DNA from: Anthoceros angustus
Lineage: Eukaryota > Plantae > Anthocerotophyta
Direction: 5' to 3'
NCBI GenBank assembly: GCA_010909165.1
Contig: VJWM01000302.1
Location: 47,214 to 111,213, forward strand
DNA: 64,000 nt
Program-made: the position numbers and the translations under genes
Part shown: positions 12,371 through 26,956 of the stretch, one piece after another
How the letters are laid out: the number at the start of each line of letters is the position of its first letter
How positions within the stretch are numbered: the first letter of the stretch is position 1
The notes under the pieces: generated by a model
The model's input: the letters and a program-made list of their open reading frames with translations, nothing else
Told to the model about the DNA's origin: nothing
The model's database searches: none

Positions 12371-15300
12371 TTCTAGAAAGAAAATTGACCCACCATTTGG
12401 TCATTTTAACTCAATATAGTAAAATCTATTACAATAGAGTAGAAAACATGGCATGTCGGGTGAAATGCATCCACCATAAATGTTGAAAACCAAAAGTGAG
12501 GGTAGAAAAAATTGACTCCAAGTGAATACCAGGTACATCTAGATGAAAGCTCATTCTAGAAATCCCACCAAACCTTCATCTGGCATAAAAGAACATATTC
12601 AAGTAAATACCATACCATTCGAGAGTGAACACCCAGAGAAAACAAAAGGTCAATAATGTCAACAACACATTAAGGTAACAAAATAGCGGTAATGTGACAC
12701 AATGAGAGAACGTGAAGAGCATGCAACACTTGACACAAAGATGAAAACATACCACTATTGCCTGCGAGAATTTTCGTGTTTCTCGTGATCTTGTTCAAGC
12801 CCCCACACTCTCCGCCGCCAAGACATAGTAAGCAAGCGAAAAGCACCAAACAAAGCTAACAGCAAACTGAAAACTCCACAAACAAAACAATGAAACTATA
12901 GTCCTGAAATGACACACAGTCAAACAAACAGTTGGACACAAAGAATGCAATCGCACCCAAATTACTTCCTGCAGTATTATCCAGTTATGGCCGGATATCC
13001 TTCAAGCCACCCAAACTCTTCTGCATGACAAAACATACTGGAAATAATTAACTGAAAGGAAGCTACAAAGTTGACAAAACTTTATTGCTAGTCTATAAGA
13101 CAATGAATGACAGAGATAAGCAAACTTATGAGCTGAGGAGAAAACAAAACCAACACAAAGGTAAGACCACAACGCAAAAGAAAGCTATACAATGGATGAC
13201 AACACGGAAATCAATGGTGAGGCTTGAAAACCCTAAACTAAGACGCAACCAAACAAAACAACGATCGCATCGCTTATTACTTTCCAGTATACATTCAGTT
13301 AAGTCCGGATCTTTTCAAGCTTCCGCAAACCCTCAGATCGAAACATACGAGGTGAGAAACGAAAGAAAGATCGAAACTCACAGGAAGATGCATAACATCG
13401 AGGACAATCAAGCCAAATGTTAAACGAAACAAATAACTGAAACCTTCACAAACTAGACAAAGAACATACATAAAACTCTATGTTCTACGATGGACGAACA
13501 CAAGGTGACAACTGAAACAAAAATAGGAGATAAAGATGGAAACTTCTTTGTGTATCCAGAAACGCGGTAGCAACAAAATAAGAAGACTTACGGTGAATAA
13601 AGAGGAACATCGTGAACACGCAAACTCCAACAAAAGATAAAAGACCAATTTTCCATCTAAACAACCGAAAGCCGCAGACGTGAGCGTAAATGGAACACAA
13701 AAGCGCTCATACTTCAATGTCCAACCACAGGCCTTACAGTGCCTTTAAATTGATTTCAAGGGAAGTAAAAAGAAAGACAAAGACACAGCATGCAGAACAA
13801 AAAAAGACACAGAAAACGCATAGGAAACGACTTCACACACAGAAGAGCTTAACGCACCTTATTGGCGCAATAGACTGAACACACATAAACAACTGTGATT
13901 CAAGTAAGGTCATCAACGGCCCGGGAGAGGAAAAAGAGGCATGCACAAAACAAACTCGAACACCAACTCAACAACCGCCATGAAACGCAACAATGTAACA
14001 AACTACAGACACAAACTAAGAGAAGAGCGACATACAAGAGTAGCTAAAAAGAGCGGAGAAAAGCCGCACAAAAGACCAAGACACTCGAAACAAATGACAT
14101 CGGCCTTTAAGTCGAAACCTTGGCCTTGAGGCAAACAACTTTGGCTTTTGAAGTAACAACTTCACACAACAAAAAGCAATTGCTCAAACTACTCAAATCG
14201 ATAAAGACCACGGACTTGGACATGCGGAAACCTTGGGACTACAAAACAAAATACCTGGCCTTGAGCTACCCTAGGAAAAGACAATACCATCCAAAGAAAG
14301 AGTTTATATAGCATACAAAACCCTAACTCCTCTCCCTCCATCGGCGCCGCCATTCTCTCTCTACCAGACCTTGTTTGAATTTACCGAACCTAGAATTCCA
14401 AACCAAATTCCAAACCTACCTAAATCTATGATTGGTTCACCGCCGCCGCCCTAGCTGCCAAACCTAAATTACACTTACCAAACCTAGCTTGACCACACCA
14501 AACCTAACCCCGAACCTCGAACGAGTAAACGCTGCCGACCAATCAAACAACACGAGGTCATCCGCAAGAAACTTCAGAACCCTAACCCGCTATGCTGTCT
14601 CGCATCGCAGTCCCCGGGTCCTCGATCCTTGCCGATTGCGATGGGCAATCGGTGATGGGCGATTGGATCGGAAAGGAATACCGCCTCATTGCGACTCATC
14701 GGCCCCCGCCTCAACTGCCGCCCAGCCTGCTCCCACTGCCGCCTGCCTCACCGGCGGTCGTGAGAACCGCCATGCTTGAGCAAGAACTCTTGGGAGGCAA
14801 GCTAGGGTCATGGGATCGATCCAATAGTGGCCTTGATGTCTTCACCAATCTTCGGCTCGCACCTCATGGCGGTGGGTCTCTTGATCTTGATGTGCGCACC
14901 ACCTCGTGTAGGCACCCGATCTCTCCCCAAAGGGCGCCGAGGAAGTTTATGTCCACATTGGTGCCACTGCAGGTCACCAAGCTCTCCGCCGCCTCCTTGA
15001 GCTTGAGCCGGAGTCCCGGGGTCAGCTATGGTGTGCACCACGATGTCGCCCTTGTGGCGGAGTGGTCCATTCCTGCTGCGAATGGAGGGTGAATGGCTTC
15101 TCAAAGCCCGAGGGTGCTGATGGGACGTGAGCTGTTCTTATCTTGAGAGGGCTTGCGCGGTGCTGGAGTCACATGCGGGCTCGCCTAATGGGTGTGATGG
15201 GACGAGCCTGATGGGGTGATGAAATGCCCCCGCCATTGAGCAACGTGATGCCATGGCCCGCTGAGTGTTGGATATTTATGTGGAGCGATGGTGGCGTGTG

Positions 15301-18300
15301 GGGTTTGAGGATGTCGCGACAACGGTGGCCCTGGGCGAGGTGCACCGCTCGCCACTGTCTGGGAACTGCCGGGTCACTGCGTTTGATGAGGTGGATTCAG
15401 ACATATTGCCACCGCAGATTCATGTCGACGAAGATGGCTTTCGGTAGATTCTCGGGAACTTGCCGATCGGATTCGAGCGGTGGTCACTGATTCTGACCAC
15501 CGCGATCACCGATGGTGCGAGGTTGTAAGCACTCGAGGAAGCCGATGCTTCATGAATGTCAGGAACAACGCTTCGTGTGATGAGTTGCATAAGTCATGAC
15601 ACGCTTGTCGGCATGGCTCATTTTGACAAAATGTGCTTTTGTGGGTGCTCCATGGTCGATGACAGGCTCATCTTGTTTGTTGGCTCCGAATCTTGTCATT
15701 CGGGCGATTGGTCTGTGCTTCCACGCGGTTGCCTGCGTCAGGTGTGCGGCCTTGGGACGACGATCTGCCGCGGCATGGCGGCCTACCACGACTGGGTACC
15801 CAAGGGGCTTGAGCTGTAAGAGCCTCGAACACGGCCAAGCTCGCAACTTCCTTGATGTGTGACCGCCCCACAAGATCAACAAGATGTCGATGCGTCGCAT
15901 GTCTAGATTTGTTGATGCAAGAACTTTAGCTACGAGGAGTCATTGGAATTGTGCATTGAGATTGCAATGTTTTTCAAATTGTTCACGAAATGGCGATACA
16001 TGTGAGTATTATGGTGGCTACTGTGGTTTTGGCGTTAGTAATGGGGTCAACCCATGTGTTCGTCTGCTGAAATGTTTTTGCCTTGTGGACTTAAAGGTTG
16101 CGTTGGCGGTTACACATGAGTTTTGCAGACGGATCCACTAAGGATGTTGCTCCAATGGCATACATTGAGTATTTTTCTTGCCCCGTATTCATATTCCTAC
16201 CATTGATGTCCATGATCCAAGGCTCTCGTGCGAGAGAATCTGGTAAAAATGCTTCTTCATGTGTGTGGAGAGAAGTCGAGGTGAACTACCAGTTTGAGCT
16301 TGTGGGATAGTGCCCGGATGCCCCCTTGCAATCAATTTCTGCGTATCGTGAGATTAGCCTCGCTAGGATGTAAAGCATGTCGTCATGCTCTAATGCTATT
16401 GTCTTCTGCAGATTGTGGACCGCCTAATTAATCGAGGGAAGCCAAACCACCAGAAAGCCAACTCCTCCTCAAAATCCGTTGCCACCATGGCTCAAATCGA
16501 GGCATGTGCAATGTCGGGCTCCTTAAGTTGCTACGATGACCAAATTGTTAGTGTGTATCTTCATCGTCATGGACTTGTTTAACTTGTAAGCTTCTCTTGA
16601 TCATTCCCAAGTTTGAGATAGCAACCCGACGCAAAACTGACTTGCAAGTGCACGTGGATGTTTTTGTTTGCAATTTCGAACGCATAGGGGCTAGGGATGG
16701 GCCATCGATGAGTGAAGTTGAGCACAACACTATGTGATCTTGTGACCTCCTGTCGACAAGGGTGTTAAGGAAATGATGAGTCTTTATGTCATTTGCTCAT
16801 TGTATACTGAAGGTTATACACGGGGTTGAAGCTTCTGGCAGGTGCGCAGTTTAGGAGCCTGGGCCCATGGCGTCCCAACGGCCCTACGACGACATTTCAA
16901 GTAAGCTTGCCTGCTTGGCTGTCTTGTTGTCAGTTTCTCGGACCATACTAAAGCTGCCAAACCCTATCAGGTCATCAAGAATTGTCGAGTGCAGACATCA
17001 AAGAAACACGACTACAACGAACTTCAAGGTAAAGTAGTATAGTACATCATTCTCAGTTCAGTTTCAGAGTTCAGTCCAACAGTTCAGAGCTTAGGGTTTT
17101 GCGTTCTTGAGTCAGCAGCCCGAATGTCTGTTCGGTCGGTAATCAAATTTCAGTTCGCTAGTTCATCCAGTGTCCTTGCTGTACAGGTAAGCATCGTTTA
17201 GAACCAAGTGTAAGTGATTTTCACTTAATCATATCCAAGATGAGTCAGATGCGGGCGTGCACCGCTATCGATGAAGATTGCAACAAACCGAAATGACCTC
17301 GGAAATGACACTATGAAGTGTGAAAGTAAAAGAATTGGGATATTATCTTTCATCCAAAGAAAGAGAAAAGATAGTTATAAGCTTGTGTGCTTACATGCGT
17401 TTGGGGCTCACAAAATGAGTCACAGACCGGCCATCGCCCCGGGTCGTGCCTTGGGTGGCAAGCTTGGCGTCATTTGACCGGTAAGGCCTCCCTGCAGAGA
17501 GCCAGGACTCGCGTCAGGCCTTGCCCGGCTGAAACGGTCTCCCCTAACGGCCTCGTAGTTCTCGGTAGTGGCCTTCTCATGCCCGTGACGCCAGTCTGCC
17601 CCTAATATCGTGGTGTGGTGGGGTGCCTTTCGGGTGCTGAGGGCGTAGGCAACCGCTTTCCCGATGCACGATCCCAACTTCCTCTTGCCTCGCCCGGATT
17701 CCTCGAAGCTTAGACAAGATCCGAGCCTTCTTGGTCAATTCTACCTTTTAATCTTTCCAAGAGTTGCATCCTTCAATGCTTCAAGGTGGCCGAGGGAGCA
17801 TTCTTGGGGTGGTCAGCATTTTCCTATCACTTGAGTGCCCATTGATGCGCATTAGAAGAGACCTCTCGAAGCCGGTGAAATGGATGCGCTCCAAGCATCC
17901 CATCCTCAGTTGAAGTTAAGCCTTGGGGAGGCCGAAATCCTCCATGAGGTTGCTCCGCGATCCCTCTCCTTCTTTCCTCCAAAGAGAGTACGCTTGCTTG
18001 GTCGACAGCGCCATCGCCACCACCAGCTAGGGTTGAGGGACCACTCCATCGCCTCGACTTTGTGCTACTTGCGATCCGACAACGTCTACCGCGCCACTGG
18101 CTATCGGAGCTCTCACTGAGCTCGTGCCTCACGCGCTCGCGCCGTAGCGCCCATGTGTCACAACATCCCCAAATTTTAATTGCTCTTGACCTCACGGCCC
18201 TCCACGCATCCACACTTTTCCCACTAGGCTACGGAGCGATCTCATTCTCGCAATGGCGCCTAAAATGGGCGATTTGGCCAGCCAAGGCACAATCCCGGTC

Positions 18301-18699
18301 GCTGAGTAAGGAGTGTCCGTCTCAAGAGAATGATAGGCTCCATGGCTACGTTTCGCTGCTTTCTCACCTCACGTGTACCCGGCCTTAGACTCATACACAT
18401 TCATCGCTTAATGACTAACTACCCGTAGCATTCATCGGACAAAGCGGGCAAAGGCGTTTAACGTTATGACCTTCGCGTCATGTGGTTATCTCAAGTTTGT
18501 CACTCGGTCCTCTAGTCTGGCTCCTCCTCATCATTCACTTCACTCACCTTATCCTTGGGAAAAATCGGGTGGTCAGGCTGCGGACCCCTCACTTGCCTCA
18601 CAGCTCTCCGTCCGGCTCTACACGTGAGTTCTCCTGCTCACACGCGACGATGGGTCCGTCCGACATTGGGTTGCTGCCGACGCATAAGGGTCCCGGTCG

Positions 18700-21600
18700 C
18701 CTTCTCGCACACACCACCACACGTTAGGGTCCGTCACGTGACCTTAATCGGCCTCCGGAGTCATCAGCACCGCCTGCTGACTCAGACTCACGTTAGCAAG
18801 AAGGTATGCAAGGGCCCTGCAAGAAGAAAGACGCCGCATCAACACCAAGAGAAAGATACTTTACTTAGAGCAATTTTCTTTATATACTACTAAGGTCGGC
18901 GTCTTTATTACAATTCTCCCTATTCTCGAGCCGATGGCTCAAGACGCCTAATCGCCGCCTACCATCTTACGCCTCCCCTATCTCCGTTCTGCTTGGGCTG
19001 TGGGATGCCCTTGGTTCCGCCACCGATGAGACCCCACCTCCTTGCCCGGCTGGGCGGCGCCCTAATCGGATGATCCATGAGGCGGACCCCTTCCCCTTCC
19101 CGAGACCCTCTGCCAGTCAGTTATCGGTGGCGGTCCGACGGCCAGAATTCACCACATCTTCCTCTCGCCCCAAGTGAGTGGTCCCTCCCGAGGGGCCACC
19201 GACCGACTGCTTCCTGCGTGAGCCTGGAGGTCCTCACCTCCGAGTCCCACCCTTGGGGTCCGGACTGTGGTCCGAACCCGTGAGTTCGGACTTATTTCCA
19301 GAGTCCGGCCCTTCCAAGTCCCGGTCTCATCTTTCTGGGTTCGACCTCAAGGTCCGAATCTTACACGGGGTCCGGCCTCAAGCCGGACCCCAACCTCCTG
19401 ACCACCCATCTTAGTGGGGTCCGCCTCACCCGCTCCCCTTCCATGGCTCGGATCCTGGGTTGGTTTCCTCCTTCTCACCTCCTTCAGGATCCTTGTCCCT
19501 ATCTCCCGATTGCAGTTGCTGCCTTACCTCCAAGTGCCTAGTTGGCACCAAGGCCCCGCCTCCTCTTGGGGCTCTTCCTCCCGCCGCCTTCCCAAACAGT
19601 GGGCCACCAAGGCCCCCGTGCTGTCCCCATGCCCTTCTTCGGCCTGAGTCGAGGTTCATCCATTGCTGGGCCAGAGGCTTCCAATGCCTTGAGGAGCTGG
19701 TAGTAGGCGAACCGAGTCCATTTGCTGGATTGCCTTTTCCACTCCCGAGTACCCGTACTCTTTCGCCATAGGTGCTCGAGAGCAGCATGTCGTCCCGGCT
19801 TGCACGTCTGCCTCCCCGCTGTGTTCATACCGAGTCAGTAGTCTCCTGAGGCCACGAGGAGGCCATTACCTCTCTCTCCTGCTGCTCGCTTCCAGCCCGT
19901 GCCTTTCCAAGGCTCACGCCAACACTCCGCTGCTCCGCCTCCTTCCGCACTGGACCTGTGCTTCTCTCAAGGCTCAGGCTCTATGCCTCCGCTCATTCTA
20001 GCCTGGAGCTCCGCCATCTCCTTCCCAGGCGGTCCGTGGCAAGCCCGCCTGATTCCGCGCCATCTGTGTTCTTTCTCCATCTCTGACGCCCCTGCCTCCT
20101 GTTCCATCGCTTTACCTCTCGGCCGCCAGTCAAGACGCCTATCTCGCCTGCGTGATCCGCGATCACGCCTCAGAGCTCCTCGCTTGATTGTTCCTTGAGT
20201 CAGAACAAGGTTTCTTGCGGTCTTCCATCTCCTCGGCCGCTCTTCCACCTCAGAATCGAGTCCGGAGATCCTCCATCTCCTTATTGTCGCGCCTTCCTTC
20301 TCCCCACGGCCGACCCTAGCCTGCCTCCGCCGCCTCCTTCCGCCTCTTCAGTTAGCTGGCGGTCCCCGCTGCCTCCTCCACCGATTCCCGATCCTTGAGT
20401 GATCCGGCTTGCTTTAGCTGCTGTCACAAGCCTTTCACTGGCCTCCGGCTTGGTGTTGTTCCCGCCAGCTCAGCCTCAACAGGTCCCGCCCCTCCGCTTG
20501 CCCTCGGCCTCCTCTCGCCTTCCTCAAGGCCACCCTCCTTCTGCAGAGGTCCTCTGCCCGTGCTTGGGCCTCTCATGCGTTTTCAAATTGTTCACACAAT
20601 CGGAAGGAATTTGGTCCGGTCTCGCCGAATGGACCTACCTCCTGCTCTCGCCTCCGCTTCCTTCCTCGACCCGCGAGGGATTCCGCCTTCTTCTTCGCCT
20701 CCTAGGCCGCCTCCATCTGCTCCTGGAGGAGCACCATGCGCCTCCTTGTTGCCTCCACCTCCTGGGTCTTCCTCCGTCCCACAGAGACCCCAGAGCATAC
20801 CGTCCATGACGGTAGCCAAAACCCGCCGTGTCTCTTCCACGGCCGCCACTGGTGAGGCACCCAAGAAGTCCGTCGTGGGTGCGGGCATCTCCCGGTCCGC
20901 CAAGGACCGCCATACCGCAGTCCGGAGCGAGTCCGGACTGGGCTCTCTCGGACCTAATCAGGACCCTTAGGTCCTGAAAGTGCTGAGGTCCGGAGCCTCA
21001 CCTTCCTTGGCCCTCTGGCCGCCACCTTCTCCCCTCTTCTCTCCGGGCTCGGAGGGGTGAGGGAGTCGAGCTAGCTGCCCTTCCCCGCCGGGCAGACGGG
21101 CTCGATGTGGCCGCCGCTGGCCCCCGCCCCTTGGGCCGCGTCCTCTCCGCCGCTTATCGCCTCCGCCTCTCACTTGCAAGGCGTAGGCAGAGGCACCCCC
21201 AAGGCCTTGGCGCTCGCTGGTGGGAGCCACCTTCCGCCTCTCGACTGTTTCGCTGCCCCGCGTGGCTCCGGAGTTGTCCGGTTGTCATCGTGCGCCGCCA
21301 CGGGCCTCCTTCCTGGGTGCATTGCCGCCTCGCCTCCTGCTCCGAACCAAGGAGGAGGCGAAGGAATATCCTCCCATACCTCCTCGGCGGCGAGGGTGTC
21401 CGCTCCACCGAATGGAGTCCTAATCCTCCCAATCATCTTCTCCCGACTGCTGGCCTTGCCATGGGGCGGCCTCGCCGCGCTTCACTCCTTCCGCCTCCGC
21501 CTCCCAGTAGGCCACTCTTTCCGCGCCTGGCCTCCTCTCCCTCCTTCAGAGGTTGAGGTGTCACATGGATGAGGGGGACAACGCCAAGGAGGCGGCTTCA

Positions 21601-22100
21601 CTCAGCTTCCTGGCTTCCCGATCGATCCGAGCGGATGATTCTTCCCCCAATCGCTTGCCCTCACCGAGGGCGGCAGAAAACCATCAGATTGTCACCAAGG
21701 TGATCCACCTTGGTGAGCATGTTCAATGGACAATGACCTTATGCGCCCTCACGCGCCTATCCGGTAGGGTCCGACATCAGCCTGACCATTGGACGGGTCC
21801 CCAGCCTCGGCGCCGCGCCTTGGTAGCTTCCACCTTCCCTCTCACCTTGAGGGCTCGGAACCACCCCCAATCTCCTCCACCGGTTGTATACCTCCCTCGG
21901 GACCTCCACGGTCCACCTCTGGAGTCCTCCCTTAGGCTCTTGGGCGTACCTCCTTATTGGCAACCTCGGCCGGCAGTCTGAGCAGCTTCTTACAGCATAT
22001 CGGGGTCTTTGTACACAGCCAGGTTACGTGCAGATAGGAGAAAGTAGCCGCGTAAATATCTCGAGGAGATGGATGCCCCACAAACAGTGGAGGTCATACG
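18700..22100 (-). mobile_element. 3' end of a minus-strand LTR element: PPT/LTR junction plus ~3 kb low-complexity coding-like region
   Basis: Minus strand reads AGGGGAGAAT-TGTAATAAAG at 18922-18903 (PPT then LTR start). Upstream are charged, Gly/Arg/Glu-rich open frames. Left LTR boundary not defined. Confidence 0.55.
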
Positions 22101-22149
22101 AGCTTTTGTAACCCGAGACTAGTAGGGTATCTACAGGAGCAGGTTCATC

Positions 22150-24530
22150 AAGGACTCCCACACTTGCCAAAAGGTGCCTTGTTAATACGATTGACCAAGA
22201 AGATGTACTACCCTTTGAATTATGGACAATCACATATGTTCTGAGGCTTCTTTCAAATAGCTTGAAGGACACCGAGAGGTGGCGCCCAGCGTACTGGGTA
22301 CCTCAGTTGGGAGATAAGCCAAGCTCATGTATATGGATGTGTCCGCGGGCCAGCGAAGGCTGACCATCTTGAGTCGTCAAGGATGAAAAGAGGCGAATCA
22401 CCCGATTTTTATGCCGGAGGCACGCGACGCCGGATGTTGGCGGAAGGAACTAAGAGAGTGTCCCGCACGGAGGCGAGAGTGGCCTTGGTATCATCTACTG
22501 CGCAGCTAAGAAATTTAGACATTATTTGCTGGCTTGCAAGGTGACATTTCATGTTGATCATTTCACAAAGCGCCGTACCTTGAACACCTTACGCTCGTAA
22601 AGGCATAGCCGGGCGTGGGTATTACACATGCCCGGCAAATTGATTTGAGGTGGAGACTCGCTGCAGAAGCGTCCATTCTCGATGTAGTCCGTGCTGCGCC
22701 TGAAATCAGCCAGGAGAAACGGCTTGAGGCCATCTAACGACCTAACTTTACTTGACCAAGGCGAGTACTTATCCACACGAGTGCTGGGGCTATCGAAATG
22801 AACAAGCGTGGTCGGTCTTGATGGGCGATCAAAGAATCCATTTCCAGGAGAGATGGTGGAGTGCGATGGGGCACACAATGCCGTCCAAACTTCTTCCTCC
22901 CTTTCCCGATGTATTGAGGTTACACTCCAATGCGAAGAGGTTGTGTTACAAGGCCAAGAATGGCAAGGAGTGATGAGGGACGTTGTCCAGGAGCTGCAGG
23001 CAGTAGAAGGACAGGAGGATGGCGCTTGGTTTTTGAGCATCGGAAGGGGTGTATCTTGTGCGAATTGTGCTGCTTAGGCCTAGGAGGTGAAGATGGCCAC
23101 GGGAGGACATGCGAGAAGGAAGATTGTGGGGGAGTGCCCACACCTCAAGAATTACTGGCAGCTGATTGCCAAGAAGGACCGAGAATCGTCAATCGACCAT
23201 GGGTCGATGGCGTGGATTGCCTGGCACAAGGGCGCAACCGGGCGAAGAGAGGTGCGCGGAGGAATCCGATGCGGACCGAGTAACGAGGTCGGATCGACAG
23301 CTGATAGGAGGAGCGCAAGAGCTATACAGGCGATGAAAAGACTCCTGACGAAGCCGCAGCTTGACGCGTAGACTCCGCTGGCACTGGGTCGAGCAGAGAG
23401 AAGGTGGATTGGTTAAATGAGACGGGACTTTGACTCATGTCCGAGGGTCGACCAATAGGCGGGCCCCAATCCGGTCGGAGAGCGATGTGGCATGAATGGA
23501 AGGAGGAGACTCGAACGCGAAGGTCGACCATGCCCAAGATATTACCGAACGGCAAGCGATGGGTCCGGTGAAATTCCCTCGGAGCATGGAACCATGCTAG
23601 ATGGCTTGTCTCGGGAGGGGTGCGCGGTCTTTATTCATAAAGCCGCACCATATTGCCTAAGGGGAGGAGTCTTATACAAAAGCTGGCCCAGGACTGAAAA
23701 GATCTCGCGGCGGTGTCTCTTGAGGTCAAGAGGCACTTGTCACGAGGCACTTACATGCGTAGGAAGGGCCGGCGGCCACTATTCGCATGTGTGACCGTGG
23801 AAAGATCTTAAATGCGTGCTTACGGTGGGCTACGGCTCACGATGCAAAAGGATGTGTAGGAATTTATTCGAGGTGTGATGCGTGTCGAGAGGGTTGGGCC
23901 TCACATTGCCGTGTTGCCAACACAATGGCCCCTCACCCATATATACCCGCTGTAATAGCACCATTCGGAAAGTGGGGAATCAATTTTAGTGGGACGTCCG
24001 TAAATGACCAAGCCACCCTCCCGAAGGTGGACAAGGAAGGTAGACATTTGGTGGCCACTGGACTATTGTAATGCGAAGATGGTGGAAGCCGGAAGCGAAG
24101 GAAGGACGACGCATCTGCTCGCAGTGGCAAGTTTCTATTTGAGAACATCATAACGGCACGGTATGTGTCCTTTAGAGTTGGTCCACGACCTGGGAGACCC
24201 CATTTCCTCAACTCGCTCATTGAGTCCCTAACCACCTTACTTCAACATCCGACATCGAAAGGCGACGACCCCTACAACCCCAAAGTGAGTCGGATTGACG
24301 GAGAAGGCGACGAACGGGTTGTTATGCACAATCCACAAAGGTAATTGTGACACACATGTACGATTGGGATGCTAAGTTGCATTCAAAGCTATTTGTGGGC
24401 TTACCATGCGAATCGCGAGAAGGTAACCACCAAGAAGACCCCTTATTAACCGAAAATATGGCATGTCTCCCTGGCTATGCCATGTAGGAATTCGAGGTAC
24501 CTACCTATAGGATCATAGAGGATGAACGCA
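22150..24530 (+). pseudogene. Gypsy pol fragment (RNaseH and integrase), plus strand
   Basis: AAKKFRHYLLACKVTFHVDH (~22500-22560). Integrase H-x-GGH...C-x2-C region (~23750-23890). PVIAPFGKWGINF (~23950-23990). Confidence 0.8.
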
Positions 24531-26694
24531 TGTTGTGGATTAGCTGGACTCTCTCCTTGGGGTTAGGAAATAAGCTGGGCTTTGTTTTTGTGGGCACTGG
24601 AGTGTAAAATAAGGCGGAAAGGGAGGAAGAAGAGCAGGATGGCACTCCTGGTTGTACCGCAGTTTGCCTCTGGACTCACGGGGTAACGGTAGTTCCTGGA
24701 GTTCCCACTCGGGAGGACCTCAGGACTACGCGGTAGTATAAGGATAAGTCAGGACCCCCTCCGAATCAAAGCAGACAATCACGCCAAGTAAAGTAACCCA
24801 GAAGTTGGAGGCGTGAGTTGGGCGGTGCTGCGGCCAATGGCAGTGCGGAGAGGGCCTGGCATGCAAAGGCGAACCGGGATCAAGCAGGGGTTGCAGTGAT
24901 GGCGGGTTATAGGCGGTATTCACGCGCTCCCAGAAATGCAGTTGGGCGGCGTATAGGTTAAATCTGTGGCGTATACAGAGCTGAAATAAGCCAGGCGTAA
25001 AAATGGCGAGGAAGTAAGCCATGCGAGACCTCGCCGATTCTGGGCGTGAAGTGGACACCCTCCGCCTCCGCGACTACTCACGGCGTGTTCGCGGCACAGA
25101 GAGCTAGACCATTTCTCTTTGTGACCTCAAAGCGATTTTATGATCTCTCAGCTCCGCCGCAGCCTGCGGTGCTATCTCTTCGGGGCACCCGGGCACCTTG
25201 GCCAGCAGCTCACTTTCATGGTTGGAGGCGTGAGCAGCGAGGGCGTGAGCATGGAATGCTCAGCAGAACATCGCCTATAAGCTGAGGAGAAAGAATGCGG
25301 CAATGGGACCCAAGAAGGCTACTTGCGGAAGTGTGGGGAGCCACGGGCGCACGGTGGAAGCGCCAACATCTTCACCCCGGGAGATATCCAGGCGGACCAC
25401 GGTTGGCGGACGCAGAGGACTGGGTGGAGAAGTGGCACCTCGACATCTTCAGCGCTTTTGGACGCGTTTGATAGCATTACGCTCTGTGGAATACGCCCGA
25501 GGAAGATGCCGGCGTGCTCCACTCAAGTTTTTCCCAAACCACGCAGTAAATCATCCGAGGGAATACCTCCATAGAGACTTCCGTGAAGAAATCTCGAATA
25601 TAAGTGCTCACCACACGCCGGTAGGCAAAGTGGTAGCACACAACCCAAAGGGGAGTCAATGAGAAGCGTGAGGTGCCTAACTGCCATTGTGAGATGTCGC
25701 TCAGCGTGGGTCCTCCTTCCCAGTTAAAAATCTCGATTGTCACCGAGTATCCGCCCAAGAGACTATATATCTCATGTCCGCCACTGTCGATAGTGTCAAA
25801 GACAATCATGTCCATGAAGGGCAAGGGGTGGTGATCCTTCTTTCGCCGCTTTGTTGAGCTTCACGAAAATCTTACTTGGCACACCCAAACCTTTCCTGGC
25901 ACTGCTTGGGCACGATACACGATCACAATGGGGCGACTCCACTCACTCATAGTGAGTACCGTCCTACCTCCAAATATTGGTCGAGTTGATCCTTAACGAC
26001 TGTGGAATACTTGGGGTTCGCTTTGTATGCGCTTGATCCTCGCACGTGCTGCCCTCCTTCAAATCAATCCGATGGTAACTACCTAGCTCCTCCGGAATTC
26101 CACAATAATGTCGGTGATCTTGAAGGCAAACACATCAACGCATACTCCTGTACACTAAGCACACTCACAGAACTCCTCTTTCTACTGTCCTAGATACTTA
26201 GAAACCTTGACTACCTTGCTAGGCTCTAACTCTAAGTCTTCTAGCCGCTTCTGTAAATTCTATACATACACTCCCGTCCCTCCGGAATTGCCTACACTAA
26301 TTCCGGATCCCTCCTCAGAAAATCACGATCATGGGCCTTACCCCTCCAAAAGGCTACTCCTTCCTATGTGTCCTCATCCTCTAACTCCCTCTCGACATCT
26401 TCTACGCGGTGTTGTGAATACACCAAATCACCCTTTATTTCTTGCCGACCTCAATTTCGAGGTCCTGGTCCTTGGTAGGCTCGGTCCTTGTAGAAGAACT
26501 CCACCCCCGTGCTTACTCTGAGGGTGTACCCATGTCAGATTTGGAGTAGCGGACTCCTTCATATGGTGCCTTGCTCCATGACACGAACGCGACCTCCGCA
26601 GGCCCTACCCTACTTGACTACAATGTGACGCCGCTACGACCGAAATCAAAGACACAAGCAGTACCATACAGCCAAGGCCTGCCTATCAAAACCT

Positions 26695-26956
26695 TGTAAG
26701 GGTATTAAAGCCCAATATACTTAGACTAATACACTTAGTCTAAGCTAGTGCCGGGCCATATCATTAGCTTAGGCCGGGCTAATCACTAGGAAGCTTCATG
26801 CTGCCCTTCCTCAGGAGCTCTTCGTGAGCCTTAGGAGTTTCCTAATTGAGGGTATAGCACACTCCAAGCCTCATCTCAATGTGAGAGAGCTACACTTGCC
26901 TCCTCTCTCTCCTCTCCTCTTTCACCTGGTGACATCGCGCTCTACCCATCCTCTCA
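26695..26956 (+). repeat. Copia-E 5' LTR
   Basis: tgtaagggtattaaag...atcctctca, colinear with 29239-29485. Confidence 0.9.

Noticed and set aside
14318-14590. Telomere-like aaccctaa motifs
   Set aside because: Isolated single copies, not an array.
19899-21572. Plus-strand Pro/Ser/Leu-rich ORFs
   Set aside because: Shadow frames of purine-rich minus-strand sequence.
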